DNA of 64,000 bases from Macrostomum hystrix (taxonomy: Eukaryota > Animalia > Platyhelminthes), in the NCBI GenBank assembly GCA_950097015.1, contig CATNEN010000025.1, positions 6,076,001 to 6,140,000 of the forward strand. The letters run 5' to 3'. The notes under the pieces are model-generated. The model was not told the origin of the DNA. It was given only the letters and a program-made list of their open reading frames with translations, and made no database searches. A program made the position numbers and the translations under genes. Shown in pieces: positions 52,301 to 63,735 of this stretch. Within the stretch, counting starts at the first letter, position 1; every line of letters starts with the position of its first letter.

Positions 52301-55300
52301 TTAGCCATGTACGAGCCTCGTATATGCCAATCTCAAGCTGTGTCAACCTCAGCAGTGCTTAAATATATATTTAATTATTCACTTCACGACTATCTATCGA
52401 ATATTCAATTCGATATAAATTATAAGTATGCTCGTTTTTTCTAGCAACTCATAGATTTGCTAAAACCATTACATGCATATGTAGCTTTTTGCGTTCTACC
52501 CGTAGTTGAGAAAATCTCAATGTCTAGTAAATCTATCAGCAAATCACGGTGAACAAGTATAGCAGTCTCGTTGAAAAGCACTGTTCTATGGCCACGGTTG
52601 AAGCACATTATACCATAACCTTTTTGCCCGGTGGGCAGAAAGTCTTGCCCGTTAATAGCCATAGACTAATTAATGCCCCGGCAATGCCCGGAAAAAAGGC
52701 TTCGACCAATAGGAATGGCTTACTGAGGCAAAAAAATGTCTATGGCACAATAGTATATAATACCCATGCTTTTAGGGCGTTAATGGCGTTTTAGGGCGTT
52801 AATAGGGCGTTAATCAGAGGTCCAGTCGAAAAATACCATAGACAATAAACGTTTTCAACTTGTCATTGGGAAAGGCAGGGAAAGAAAAGCCATAGACAAT
52901 TAAAAGAATGTGTACGAGGATTACTGTTATATCATATTTCCCGATACTAAGCACAAATAATTGAGTCAATCAATCGTACTCAAAACCGAAGACCTTCGAC
53001 CGCCTGGCGCCTGCTGCATAATAATGGAGCTCTTTCTGGCGAACGACATGCTTGAAACTGACTTCTTTCGCGACAGACCTAACGTTGCCTCGCTCGTGGA
53101 CATTGTGCAACAGTTAGGAAGAGTTGAACCGCGTCCCCAGTTGAAATTTAATCGCTCCAATAAAAGTCGCTGCTATAGGAGGCTAATATTGGACGATGGG
53201 GGCCTCTGTGGATTCCATACAGTTATTTATATTGTCAGCTGTGTTTCTTTAATCTACTTCCCCATGCATCCTTCCTCCTCTCTCCTCGTCCTGTCGCTCC
53301 TCTCTCCTTTCTCCCGTCCGTTGCCATGGTTACAAAGCTAGGCAGCGGATCCCAGACCTCAGTATAGAGCGGCAGCCGACAGTAGAGAAAGGGAGTCATC
53401 CGCAAGGGTTTAATTGGATCTTTGCCCCTACTCACCTGCACAACTGCTCCCCGCGTCCCTCCACTCTCAGCTAACAGATGAGAAAACTCAAACTCATTTG
53501 AAACTTCTCAAATCTCTTCCCAATTGTATACTAAATCACAAAATCTAGTCGCCTACTCAAATCCCCACCAAATGCGGCATCGCATCAGGGGGTCCGGATT
53601 AAAGAAAATATTTAGCCGCTAATCCAAGCAAGGTGAGCTGCTTTCTTTGGATCAATAATTTAATATTGGCACTTACAATTTCAGTTTTTCTATTTACGCA
53701 CACATTCCACAGACTGCAGTGGGAAAATTCACTGTCACAATATTTTAAGTAATTAGTGAATTAGTAATTAGCAACGGCTTGTTTTAATAGAAACTTTACT
53801 GTAATACTGCTGGGTTATGACCAAGCTCATGGCTGTATTGGGTTTATGGACATGACCTCATACAAGCGGGGTGTCTGTTTTCTGCAGCTAAAAGTACTTC
53901 TATACCTTTAAACAGCTGATACATCCTCACATACATGTCGTCCGTGTTTTCCCTGGCACAGTGTAACGGAGCAAGCGTTTCTGCATTTACTTGAATATTA
54001 AAAGCTATCAACTTAACACTGCATTCCACTACTTTGATAAGTTTATCCTTCATTCCTCATTTGGCTTCCGATTTGCATCAATTTAGCTCTCATTCATGCT
54101 TAGCAACAAAAGTACATATGAAATTTTTTATCTCCCACAGCCGATCAGAAGTATACATTTTCTAAACTAGCTATCAGTTTATGAAACCATATTTTTGTAA
54201 TTCCAATACCAATTCGAATCCTTAATCCAATTTGCAACGATCTCTATTGATACTGAATATTAATCCCAATCCCAATCTGATCCCAATCCTAATCTCGATC
54301 CCAATCCCGACCCCAATCCCGATCCCGATCCCGATCCCGATATCAATCACAATCCAAATCCCAATCCCGATCGCGATCCCAATCCCGATCCCAATCCCAA
54401 TCCTGATCCCAATCCCGATCCCGCGATCAATCCTAATCCCAATCCCGATCCCGAGCCCTTCTCAAATCGCAATTTTAACGATTCCAATCCAATCAAGATT
54501 TTAATCCTGATTGTAACTTCTATTTAGATTTAGAAACAAATTTTAACCCGAATTTTAATCCTAATGCTTAAAATTTGATCCCAATCTCAAACTGAATGTT
54601 GATCCCCAAATGGAACTTATCTGACTGGGTTTCTTCTTAACACGAGTTAAGAATCAGATTTCCGAATCCATTAGGGGCTTGTTGACTGGTGGTTTGAGGT
54701 CCAACTCAAGACTCAGACGTCGGGGGTTAGACTCCAAACTTCCCTGCAACAATTTGTGTCCGCAAGCAAGACGATGAGGAGTTGGCTGTTCAGCAGAACG
54801 TCATAAATTATTTTCATGAGATTCGAACTCCGGACCTCTTGTTTAAAGAATCCCGGGTTTCGGCCCCAATATGCTACAGTTTGTTCAACTTAAAAATGTC
54901 CCAAAATAGTCGCTTTGATCCCAAATAAATTTAGGCCTCAATTCAGGATTCGAACTCGCGGCCATCTTCCCACTTTTGTCTTACCTCGCCTAGTCGAAGT
55001 CTGGGTAGAGGAACGGGATCTGAAGCCGCCTTTCGCAGGTCCCAGGGTCTGCGAGACCAGAAACCAGCCGCCCGAGCGACCGCGACGATCTCTATGGGCG
55101 GCGTCTCTTGTTGCCATGGAGACTAAGAGTCTATACTCGTATTCTCGTAACTTGCTACAGTGACTTCTTCTTTCGAAAAGAATATTAAATAGTTGAAAAG
55201 TTGGCCCGAAACCCGCCTAAAACCGCTGCTCACTTAGACCCTTATCTTATCCAAACAACATAGTACTCATGTTTGCCCAGCTGGGAAACAAATACATGTA

Positions 55301-57376
55301 AAGAGTTCTTTCAAACAACTTAAACACCAGTTTAGATATCTAACTGCTAGCTATGGATGCAATCTGGACTGAATTTTTATTTCTAGATTTGCATTTCCCG
55401 GTTTTCAGACGCCCAGGTCCTTATTTATCACCCGATCGGCGATTTCCCTATTTGTTGATTTCCCCATTCCTCTCCATTTCCCGATTCATTCATTTCCCTT
55501 TTTCGTCTATGCCCTATTCGACGATTTCACTTTTTCGTGCATTTCCGCTAAATTGTCTATTTCGCTATTAATCGATTTCCCAATTCGTCGATTTCCATAT
55601 GCATTGATTTTCCTTTTTTTCGTTGATTTCCCCTTATTCGTCGATTTCCCCTTATTCGTCGATTTCCCCTTATTCGTCGATTTCCCCTTATTCGTCGATT
55701 TCCCCTTATTCGTCGATTTCCCCTTATTCGTCGATTTCCTAATTATTAGATTTCCCAATTCCTATATTTACCTATTCGTCTATTTCCCTTTATTCGTCGA
55801 TATCCCTATTCGTCGATTTCCCAATTCGCCGATTTCCCTTTTTTCATCGATTTTCCTATTAGTCGATATCCCTGTTCATCCATATCCTTATTCGTCGATT
55901 TCCCCTTATTCGTCGATTTCCCCTTATTCGTCGATTTCCCTTATTCGTTGATTTCCCCTTATTCGTCGATTTCCCCTTATTCGTCGATTTCCCCTTATTC
56001 GTCGATTTCCCCTTATTCGTCGATTTCCCCTTATTCGTCGATTTCCCCTTATTCGTCGATTTCCCCTTATTCGTCGATTTCCCCTTATTCGTCGATTTCC
56101 CCTTATTCGTCGATTTCCCCTTATTCGTCGATTTCCCCTTATTCGTCGATTTCCCCTTATTCGTCGATTTCCCCTTATTCGTCGATGTCCCTTATTCGTC
56201 GATATCCCCTTATTCGTCGATTTCCCCTTATTCGTCGATTTCCCCTTATTCGTCGATTTCCCCTTATTCGTCGATTTCCCCTTATTCGTCGATGTCCCTT
56301 ATTCGTCGATTTCTCCCTTATTCGTCGATTTCCCCTTATTCGTCGATTTCCCCTTATTCGTCGATTTCCCCTTATTCGTCGATGTCCCTTATTCGTCGAT
56401 ATCCCCTTATTCGTCGATTTCCCCTTATTCGTCGATTTCCCCTTATTCGTCGATTTCCCCTTATTCGTCGATTTCCCCTTATTCGTCGATTTCCCCTTAT
56501 TCGTCGATTTCCCCTTATTCGTCGATTTCCCCTTATTCGTCGATTTCCCCTTATTCGTCGATTTCCCCTTATTCGTCGATTTCCCCTTATTCGTCGATTT
56601 CCCCTTATTCGTCGATTTCCCCTTATTCGTCGATTTCCCCTTATTCGTCGATTTCCCCTTATTCGTCGATTTCCCCTTATTCGTCGATTTCCCCTTATTC
56701 GTCGATTTCCCCTTATTCATCGATTTCCTAATTATTCGATTTCCCAATTCCTATATTTACCTATTCGTCTATTTCCCTTTATTCGTCGATATCCCTATTC
56801 GTCGATTTCCCAATTCGCCGATTTCCCTTTTTTCATCGATTTTCCTATTAGTCGATATCCCTGTTCGTCCATATCCTTATTCGTTGATTTCCCAATTCTT
56901 CGATTTCCCAATTCTTCGATTTCCTAATTCTTCGATTTCCCAATTCCTATATTTACCTATTCGTCTATTTCCCTATTCGTCGATATCCCTATTCGTCGAT
57001 ATCCCTATTCGTCGATATCCCTATTCGTCGATTTCCCAATTCGTCGATTTCCCTTTTTTCATCGATTTCCCTATTAGTCGATATCCCTGTTCATCCATAT
57101 CCTTATTCGTTGATTTTCTAATCCTGTAATTAATTTTCTAATTCGTCAATTTCCCTAAAATATGTCTTACGTTTGTCATTAGTGATTACCTGCCACTTTG
57201 ACTTGTCGACGCATTCGAATTGCGGACACCAGGCCGGTGGAAACTCGACTAAAGTTGCCGCTGCTGCCGCCGCTGCCCGCACTTTTAATAGGGCCGACGG
57301 CTGCGCCGGCGCTTCTAGGATGCGCTGACTTCCGCGACTGCTGATTTTGCTGCTGCTTTTGGTTCGGCTTGGGCAT
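37394..57376 (-). CDS. MYCBPAP: MYCBP-associated protein (MYCBPAP/AMAP-1), motile-cilium central-apparatus protein, multi-exon
   Basis: Phase-consistent exons are 57376-57190 (one of four candidate first exons), 50295-50153, 49658-49148, 49057-48938, 48350-48287, 47836-47429, 45904-45700, 45127-44795, 42973-42636, 42143-42040, 41459-41343 (tentative), 40268-40245 (tentative), 38227-38127 and 37684-37394. Motifs recognised by recall: VIPHSILGSPEEF, ALRNWERQMAERKRQQ, RPPNELVMNAGE, GSEFW, LEVIGR, GPSLLFGGQPARW, RFYFDTGSGALLPGE..FIFKSDKPGLFAEQWQLETTP. Confidence 0.88.
37830..38087. repeat. 23-bp intronic minisatellite (GGTTCAGGATCTCACAGGTCAT[G/T])n
   Basis: Direct array of about 11 copies, with degenerate units extending to ~37700. 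Confidence 0.95.
38522..40135. repeat. 27-28-bp intronic minisatellite (CCCTCACCCAGACTGCCTTTTGATT[G/A]G)n, about 58 copies
   Basis: Direct array. It is the source of the HPDCLLI/WVRANQKA pseudo-ORFs. Confidence 0.97.
40770..41032 (-). mobile_element. tRNA-derived SINE, family 1 (most complete copy)
   Basis: The minus-strand head is TGTAGCCTAGTGGTTAGGGCGTCGGACTCACGACTTGAAGATCGGGGGTTCGATTCC (A box and B box). The core is CACCCAGCTGTTGAATGGGTACCAGC, and the tail is AT-rich. Confidence 0.85.
43024..43497. repeat. 15-bp minisatellite (CCAAGG[A/C]CCAAGC[T/C]A)n, array 1
   Basis: Direct array. Sister arrays lie at 44036-44590 and 45236-45665. Confidence 0.95.
43605..44036. mobile_element. Dispersed repeat: unique head + 17-bp minisatellite (GTCTTGGAATCCCCAAG)n + tail, copy 1
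   Basis: The ~125-bp head (GGAGAGTACCCGATG...CCCAAACGTCTTGG) and the tail (CCCGACGTTTTATAATCC.GATGT.GAAGCGA) recur at 45968-46872. No TIR or TSD was recognised. Confidence 0.7.
44036..44590. repeat. 15-bp minisatellite, array 2
   Basis: Same unit as 43024-43497, followed by a duplicate of the flank at 43490-43597. Confidence 0.95.
45236..45665. repeat. 15-bp minisatellite variant (ACCAAGGAACAAGCT)n with higher-order ~60-bp blocks
   Basis: Direct array inside intron 45128-45699. Confidence 0.92.
45968..46872. mobile_element. Dispersed repeat: unique head + 17-bp minisatellite + tail, copy 2 (longer array)
   Basis: Same head and tail as 43605-44036. The internal array is roughly 2-3 times longer. 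Confidence 0.7.
48405..48710. repeat. 50-bp intronic tandem repeat, about 6 copies
   Basis: TTGGGATTGGATGCTTCAAT recurs at period 50. Confidence 0.93.
49753..50112. repeat. 25-bp intronic minisatellite (GACCCATAGATTCAGTTGGACAACC)n, about 14 copies
   Basis: Direct, nearly homogeneous array. Confidence 0.96.
50705..51010 (+). mobile_element. tRNA-derived SINE-like element, family 2
   Basis: GAGTGGCAGAGTGGTCTAACGCG (A box) and GCTCGATTCC (degenerate B box), followed by a non-tRNA body and a (TAA)n-like tail. Only one copy is present in the window. Confidence 0.6.
51895..51911. promoter_or_regulatory. X-box-like RFX site with long spacer (GTTGCTACTACGGCAAC)
   Basis: Inverted GTTGC/GCAAC half-sites lie 130 nt upstream of candidate first exon 51765-51720. 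Confidence 0.4.
53320..53333. promoter_or_regulatory. RFX X-box (GTTGCCATGGTTAC)
   Basis: Matches the palindromic GTTGCCATGGCAAC consensus at 12/14. It lies 217 nt upstream of candidate first-exon ATG 53103. Confidence 0.65.
54255..54455. repeat. Degenerate hexamer microsatellite (ATCCC[A/G])n
   Basis: Directly visible. It gives the IPIPIP pseudo-ORF. Confidence 0.9.
55110..55123. promoter_or_regulatory. RFX X-box (GTTGCCATGGAGAC)
   Basis: Matches the consensus at 12/14 and overlaps the ATG (55117) of a candidate first exon. Confidence 0.62.
55590..57120. repeat. 18-bp minisatellite (TTATTCGTCGATTTCCCC)n with duplicated degenerate blocks
   Basis: A homogeneous core spans ~55900-56720. A ~160-bp diverged block repeats at ~55737-55895, ~56725-56885 and ~56935-57115. 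Confidence 0.97.
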
Positions 57377-57694
57377 TCCGATATTTAAACTGATTCAGTC
57401 CTATGGATTTCGCTAATGGCAATCCTAATTTTCTGGTTCTGTCTTGTTGCAACAAAAAACTTTTATAGCTAATTGTCAGTGAGCCAAGGGCAAGAAATAT
57501 GAAAGCAAGGAAAAATTTGAGTCGCTGCTATTGTAGAATTGAGACAATGAATTTCCCCCCTTAGAGGGATCTGGGAACAGAACGATGGCTATCCCCGAAT
57601 CCTTTCAACTGCATTCATTCATATCACTCGCTCTTTCCTATTTCCAAATTTTTCTCTCCCTCTTACACAACCCTATTGACTTCGCGGGCAATTC

Positions 57695-57708
57695 GTTGTC
57701 ATGGCAAC
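57695..57708. promoter_or_regulatory. RFX X-box (GTTGTCATGGCAAC) at the distal MYCBPAP promoter
   Basis: Matches the consensus at 13/14 and lies 319 nt upstream of ATG 57376 of a ciliary gene. Confidence 0.72.
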
Positions 57709-59988
57709 CAAAGATCTGAAGCAGTTTCCACACGCGGGATGGGATGCGGGGAAATGAAAGTTGGCGCTTAACAGAAATGCTTTTCACCCAGCTGTGGTTG
57801 AGTGTTTTGCAGCTGTTTGTCCTTTTATCCTGACTGCATCAATCGGATCCCATTTCGCTTTCGCTTATGGAGAAAGACCGAGCGATACCATTTTCTTGTC
57901 AAAGAGTCTCAACAGAAATCTACCCGAAAAGTTTTACAAGAAACATACCAGAGACTCAGAAAATCCGATAAAGTAACAATGTTCAACTCCAACAAGAAAT
58001 CGTTTTCGAAGTGAATTTTTTGTTACTAGCCCGTAGATATTATTATTATAGCCAAATACTATTATATCTACTGCAAGTAGTTTGTGGCAAGTACTTGGCA
58101 CCCAAAGTTGCAATATTAAGCAGAGCTACAGAACTGCACCAGCGTTGTGCTGGAGGTGCAGAAATCAGAGGCGTATAGGCAGGGGGTTCAATGTGTCATC
58201 AGCTCCCCCAGACGGCAGATTTTTTGGCCTGATGCTGCTGCAGGTTTTTTGCATTGGCTTGCATGTAAATTATCACCTGTTGCATGCTTATGGTCGACTA
58301 GTGGCTAAGTTGACTTAATCCTCCCAAATAATCCTGACCACGCCACAGGCAGACATATTTTTCTTGCTTAGAATTTTAAAATTTAGCTAGCCTTAGGGTA
58401 TTTAGTATATTGTGATATACTTTTCGGAATTCGCAATTTTATCCAAAAACAGCTGGTTTACAAAAGAACGAAAAACTCATTTTAAAGTTTATCAGAAGAG
58501 TGAATTGAAACATTAGCCTATGAGTGCATACTTTAAACTTTAGGAGAACTGAAAAGCTACCAGAACGCGCTAAGAATTCATATAGTTATCATGGTAAGTG
58601 AAGCACGACGAGATATGAGACATTGAGATATGTCTCTTATCTATTGTGCGCTAAAATCAATAATCTTCTTGTAGTTTAAGACATATTTAAAACTCATATG
58701 GACATGCACTTATATACTAGGCCTACTTTGGCTTGCAAGGAAGATGGATAACAATTAGACTTTGGGATCTAATTAATTACATTATGAAAGCTACGAGTAA
58801 ATATTTTACTTTCCGCATAAAAAACACGAACAGTTTATTGATGTCAGAAGCATTCATTCATTTTAATATTAGGATTAAAAAGAATAATATGAACCTAAAA
58901 TTAAAAAAATGTAGCCTTAATTAAGAAAAAATATCCATTTCTACGTCCGCTACATATCTTGCACAGCATATCTGACCACTACTCTACTCTACTCCTTGTG
59001 GTCCTTGATTATACCATCACCGTCACCATGATGGACTCGGAAGTGATAATTGATAAGTGGCAGGCCACGATCAAAAAGTATTAAAAATGAAATCTTACTT
59101 TTGTCCGGCATTTTCGAAGCTTAATTAACTTTGCGTATAATAACCAGAGTACAACTCCGCAACTATGTCTCACTGTTGATTTATTAAATTGTCTCTTTGC
59201 GAATGCAGTAGAATTTATTCCTTAAGAAATGTGTATTTTAAAATTTCGTGGTTTCTATTGAAGCTCGCAATAGCTATTACAAATAAAAAAAGTAAATATT
59301 AAAGTGTATTTTCTGAGTTATTCGAAATAATTATTTTAGCAATACACGTTAAAACTAGATTAAACAAAACGTTTTTGTTTTAAATATTAGTATTTAACTC
59401 CGGGGAACTTGAGTGACGCGATGCGTTTTGATAAATTGTATTTATTGCGCTATCGAGATGTGCGGATAAAGTTTTTTTTGTTTACTTAATTCAATAAAAG
59501 TTGTGCAGTATTTTTAGGACATCTTAATTAATGTCCGTGAATTATAGCATTGCAGCATTTATATATAATTGTTTCTATGTATCGTTTTACATATCCTCCT
59601 TTTAGTTTTGGCAGCGATTACTGCCTCTACTCGATCGGAAGGTTAAAGTTTTCCTAGATATATCACCCTATATCGGCTATATGTCGGGACTCCAATGTCG
59701 GGTAAAACGTCACGATAGGCGTAGCTAGCTACCTAAAAAATTATCGTTTTTTTGGTAGGCCAGGACTACAGATAGAGTACAGTACAAGTATTACTAGTAT
59801 TGCGCCTGTGTGTTCTGGGTCTACCCAAATTATATTATACACAGAGTTTAGTAGCTAATTAGCTATATCAGTTTAGAACATATTCTGGCTACCAAACTTT
59901 TACTATTATTAGTTAGCTAATGGGCCTAGTAGCTTGACAGACATTATTATTTTATAGTTTCTAATTTTAGTTACTTGTCCATTTAAGC

Positions 59989-60470
59989 CAGGGGTAGGCA
60001 AACTTATTTGCTGGCGGGCCAAAGAAAGAACCTAAAAGACGACAGCGGGCCGCATTGACTGTATAAATATGAGATAGGGGAGAGATAAGACATGGGAGAG
60101 ATTAGACACGGGAGAGATAAGACAGGGAGAGATTAGACACGGGAGAGATAAGACAGGGGAGAGATTAGACACGGGAGAGATAAGACAGGGGAGAGATTGG
60201 ACATGGGAGAGATAAGACAGGGGAGAGATTAGACACGGGAGAGATATAACAGGGGAGAGATTAGACACAGGAGAGATTCGACACGGGAGAGATAAGACAC
60301 GAGAGCGATGAGACATGGGAGAGATTCAACACGAGAGCGATGAGACACAGGAGAGATTAGACACGGGAGAGATTAAACAGGACACTGTAGATGTCAGAAG
60401 GGGCAATGGGCCGGATTTGGGAGCTTCAAGGGCCGCATCTGGCTCGCGGGCCGGAGTTTGCCGACCCCTG
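59989..60470 (-). mobile_element. Non-autonomous hAT MITE with internal 17-bp minisatellite (copy 2, inverted)
   Basis: TIRs are CAGGGGTAGGCAAAC and GTTTGCCGACCCCTG. An exact 8-bp TSD ATTTAAGC sits at 59981-59988 and 60471-60478. Both unique arms match 2883-3749. Confidence 0.93.
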
Positions 60471-61525
60471 ATTTAAGCCAATGTCGAAAATAAAAATGGC
60501 CTAGCTTAAATGACAAATATTCAACTCAGCAGGTTTGTTGACCTTTGATATCTGTTGGTACCAGACTAGTATCTGAAATGCTTTAATTACTTTTGTGCTT
60601 ATATATATTTCACTTGACTTAGCTAGGTCTACTATGGAAATCTGTCATTAGGCCTAACTACTAAATAGGCCTTACACAGGCATAGAGTATAGACTATAAA
60701 TAGATTTTATACTATACATGATGTAAAAAACAAATGTTTTTATATTGCTATCTAATATATCTTGCATAAAAAATAATCCAAGAAAATCATGAAACTTTTT
60801 TGACAAAAAATGGAATTTAATTATTCTAGGGCCTAGCTCTAAAATAAATGCTCCTTTTATATCGTTTTAGCAGAAGCATTGAAGCTATGCAAACTCCAAA
60901 AGTTTATTCTATCTAAATTCAATATTTGTTTTAATGCAAACAAAATATATTAATTATTAAAATATTTACTATAGCTAAGGTCTAATTCCTAGGTTTTTAT
61001 TGAGTATATTTGTGAGATATAGTTTTATAGTCTCCAGGTTGATTTTTAATGAGTTCCTCTGTAGCTTTAGTTAACTATAGCCTGCTACACTGGAAGGTAG
61101 ATATGGGTTTATTAATTTACTACAGAAAAAAACAGTAGAAATAGGTTTCATGATTGAAAGTCTTCTATGTCCCTATAGTTTTATTTGTTCAATTGATTTT
61201 GATAATTGATAGCAGTTGGAATTGGATTTTTTGCAGATCTATACATTTTAAAGACTAGTGAGTTGGTACTAGATAAGTTTTACTTATGTGTTTAGCAGCC
61301 AAAAAGGCATATGTTTCACATTCAAATGTACATGTTTCACTGGTTGATCTATGTACTAAAAGGCACAACTTGTGCTGAAATTTCTTTCCTAGTTAGAAGC
61401 AAGGCAGTAGAAAGCTTGTTCTAACTCTAAAGGTTTGGATTTTTTAACTTCTAGCCTTGAATTTTACAATTTCTTGTTCATGCTTTGTTTTATTTCAGTC
61501 AGCAGTCAGGCAGTGCAGTGGCATT

Positions 61526-62257
61526 ATGGCTGGCGCTAAGATCAGAGCCTGTTCCCCCTTATCTAACAACTGCTTATCCTATACTCAATGCCAGCCAGCC
61601 ATGCCTAATCTTGCATCGTCTGTGTGCCAGGAGTCCTGGCCAGCACCAATCGTGGCCCAGCCTGTGACGTTTCGGCACCATGGCGTCAATGGCGACACCA
61701 TTGAAACTTCTGCTGCGCGTCGCCGAACACTCTGCGGCGGCGAGCTGTGCCGTCTGCTGCCGGCTATTGACGAAATTTCTTCGCCATCATCAACCACTTC
61801 TATGGCTTCCTCCTCAACTGTTGTTGCTGCTACAGCCCCGCAGTCTTCTGCTTCTGCGCCATCCACTTTGCAGCAGCGTCGGCGACGTCAGCGCCAACCG
61901 CCCGAGGAGCTGCTGCAGCAGCAGCGTCAGCATCGCAGGCTGAGCCTACCCGCCCTCGGCCTACTGGACAGTGTTCCCGAACTGCCCGAAGTGATCCAAC
62001 CGGAATCGGCTGCTCCTACTCAGCTGCCATTGGAGAAGCATTTCCAGCAGCAGTTGCTTTTAATGCAAAAGAGAACAGCCAGGACGCCGCCAGCGCAGCG
62101 TAGGTTAACTCCGCCTAGCGACAGGAATGGTCGGCGTTTGTTGATTCTCTGTCCTATTCCCGAGGCGGAAGCCGCCGCCGCTGCTGCCGCCGCCGCAGCC
62201 GCCGCCGCTGCTGCCGCCTCTCCTACATGTTTGTCGCCCGAGTCGGGTCACTTTTAG
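61526..62257 (+). CDS. Uncharacterised low-complexity ORF/exon (243 aa; S/Q/A-rich, RRLSLP motif, poly-Ala)
   Basis: A GC-rich open frame sits in AT-rich flanks, with a strong acceptor TTTGTTTTATTTCAG| at 61498 in frame 27 nt before the ATG. No domain was recognised, and it may be one exon of a larger gene. Confidence 0.55.
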   Translation: MAGAKIRACSPLSNNCLSYTQCQPAMPNLASSVCQESWPAPIVAQPVTFRHHGVNGDTIETSAARRRTLCGGELCRLLPAIDEISSPSSTTSMASSSTVVAATAPQSSASAPSTLQQRRRRQRQPPEELLQQQRQHRRLSLPALGLLDSVPELPEVIQPESAAPTQLPLEKHFQQQLLLMQKRTARTPPAQRRLTPPSDRNGRRLLILCPIPEAEAAAAAAAAAAAAAAAASPTCLSPESGHF

Positions 62258-63446
62258 ACAAAGGAAGCACTTGACAGTTTAAATCGGCATCGAATCTTAT
62301 TTTTTTAAATGGTCTAGTAAATGGCGATAGTACTTTTCTTTCAGTCAATTATAGCTGTTGGCTATTTTACTAAACTTTATATGAGTGCTGAATTTATTAT
62401 TAATTCATAACTCAATATGCACTGCACCCTGACATGTTTGCTTATTTGTTTCTATCTAGATAAACGCTTTATTATTACTATCAGTAGGGATATTGCACGC
62501 AGCTAATTTTTCACCTGGGACCTATTTCACCCCAAATTTCAATATTTATTACCTAATTTCAACATGCAAAATGCTTAAAGTCTGATCACAATACTAGTAG
62601 TATTAGACTATATATGCTGTTGCATGATTATAAGCATATTTGAATTGTTTTGAAGTGCTTGAAATCTCTATTTTTAAGCGTGTTATTTAATAACTAAATA
62701 TTATTTTGTTCATTCCATTGACTTTCTTTCAGAATTCAATTTTTCATGCAGAAACTATTTAGATTTTTGTTTCACTACTAAAAATATTAAATCTTTGTAT
62801 TTCCACTCTTGTTCTGCTCTGAGCACTGTTTATTGTGATGTTTTAAAGCTAAACGATAGCTTTGAAGATCGAGATAGATGAGGCACTGTTTAGGAATGAT
62901 GCCTTGCTATCTGAATTCTTTGTTAAGCTTTTATTTAGAAATGCTTTAATGTCATCGGCTATATGTGTATATATAGTCTTTCTGTATAGTCTAAAAGTTA
63001 TTTGCTTCCGCGTTTTATATTTGCGAAGTGTGAAAATTAGTCACGTATAGTATGTTGTATAGTTGTATTTGTATTACCACAAGCCTCAAAGGCTTGACAG
63101 GTAAAGTTGGTTTATCATTTTGATGTCTGTTAACTACTGAATAAACTATTTTATATGTATTTTTGCAGTAAAGTTTTGTAGTCGCATCTGCAAACAACAT
63201 CTCACTCTCTCTCTCTCTGAAAGCACTTTTTACCTTTCTCGTTTTTCCTGCTTTCGCTTTATATCCTTGCGCATAATCGGATGTTGCTACTTTGAGTAGC
63301 ATTACATTTTTTCGTAATAAATTAGTCGAATTCACGAAAAACTCGCATTAATATTACTAATGTGCTAACAACTACATTTTACCAATCCATATTTATCGCA
63401 AAGCATTCAAATTGACTAATTACTAAATAAAATTTCCTCTAAGTGT

Positions 63447-63735
63447 AAATGTCGAACAACACCCCTCCAAATGTACACTTGCCAAACAGCACCCCCTCCA
63501 AATGTACACTTGCCGAACAACACCCCTCCAAATGTATATTAGCCAAACAGCACCCCGCTCCAAATGTACATTTGCCGAACAACACCCCTCCAAATGTATA
63601 TTAGCCAAACACCACCCCGCTCCAAATGTACACTTGCGGAACATCATCCCCCTCCAAATGTACACTTGCCGAACAACATCCCCCTCCATATGTACACTTG
63701 CCGAACATCATTCCCCTCCAAATGTACACTCACAG
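63447..63735. repeat. Degenerate ~30-bp tandem repeat (AACACCCCTCCAAATGTACACTTGCCG-like)
   Basis: CCCCTCCAAATGTACA recurs about 9 times. Confidence 0.88.

Noticed and set aside
55507-57129. ORFs of KGKSTN, ISPYSS and IRRFPL repeats
   Set aside because: They are translations of the 18-bp satellite.
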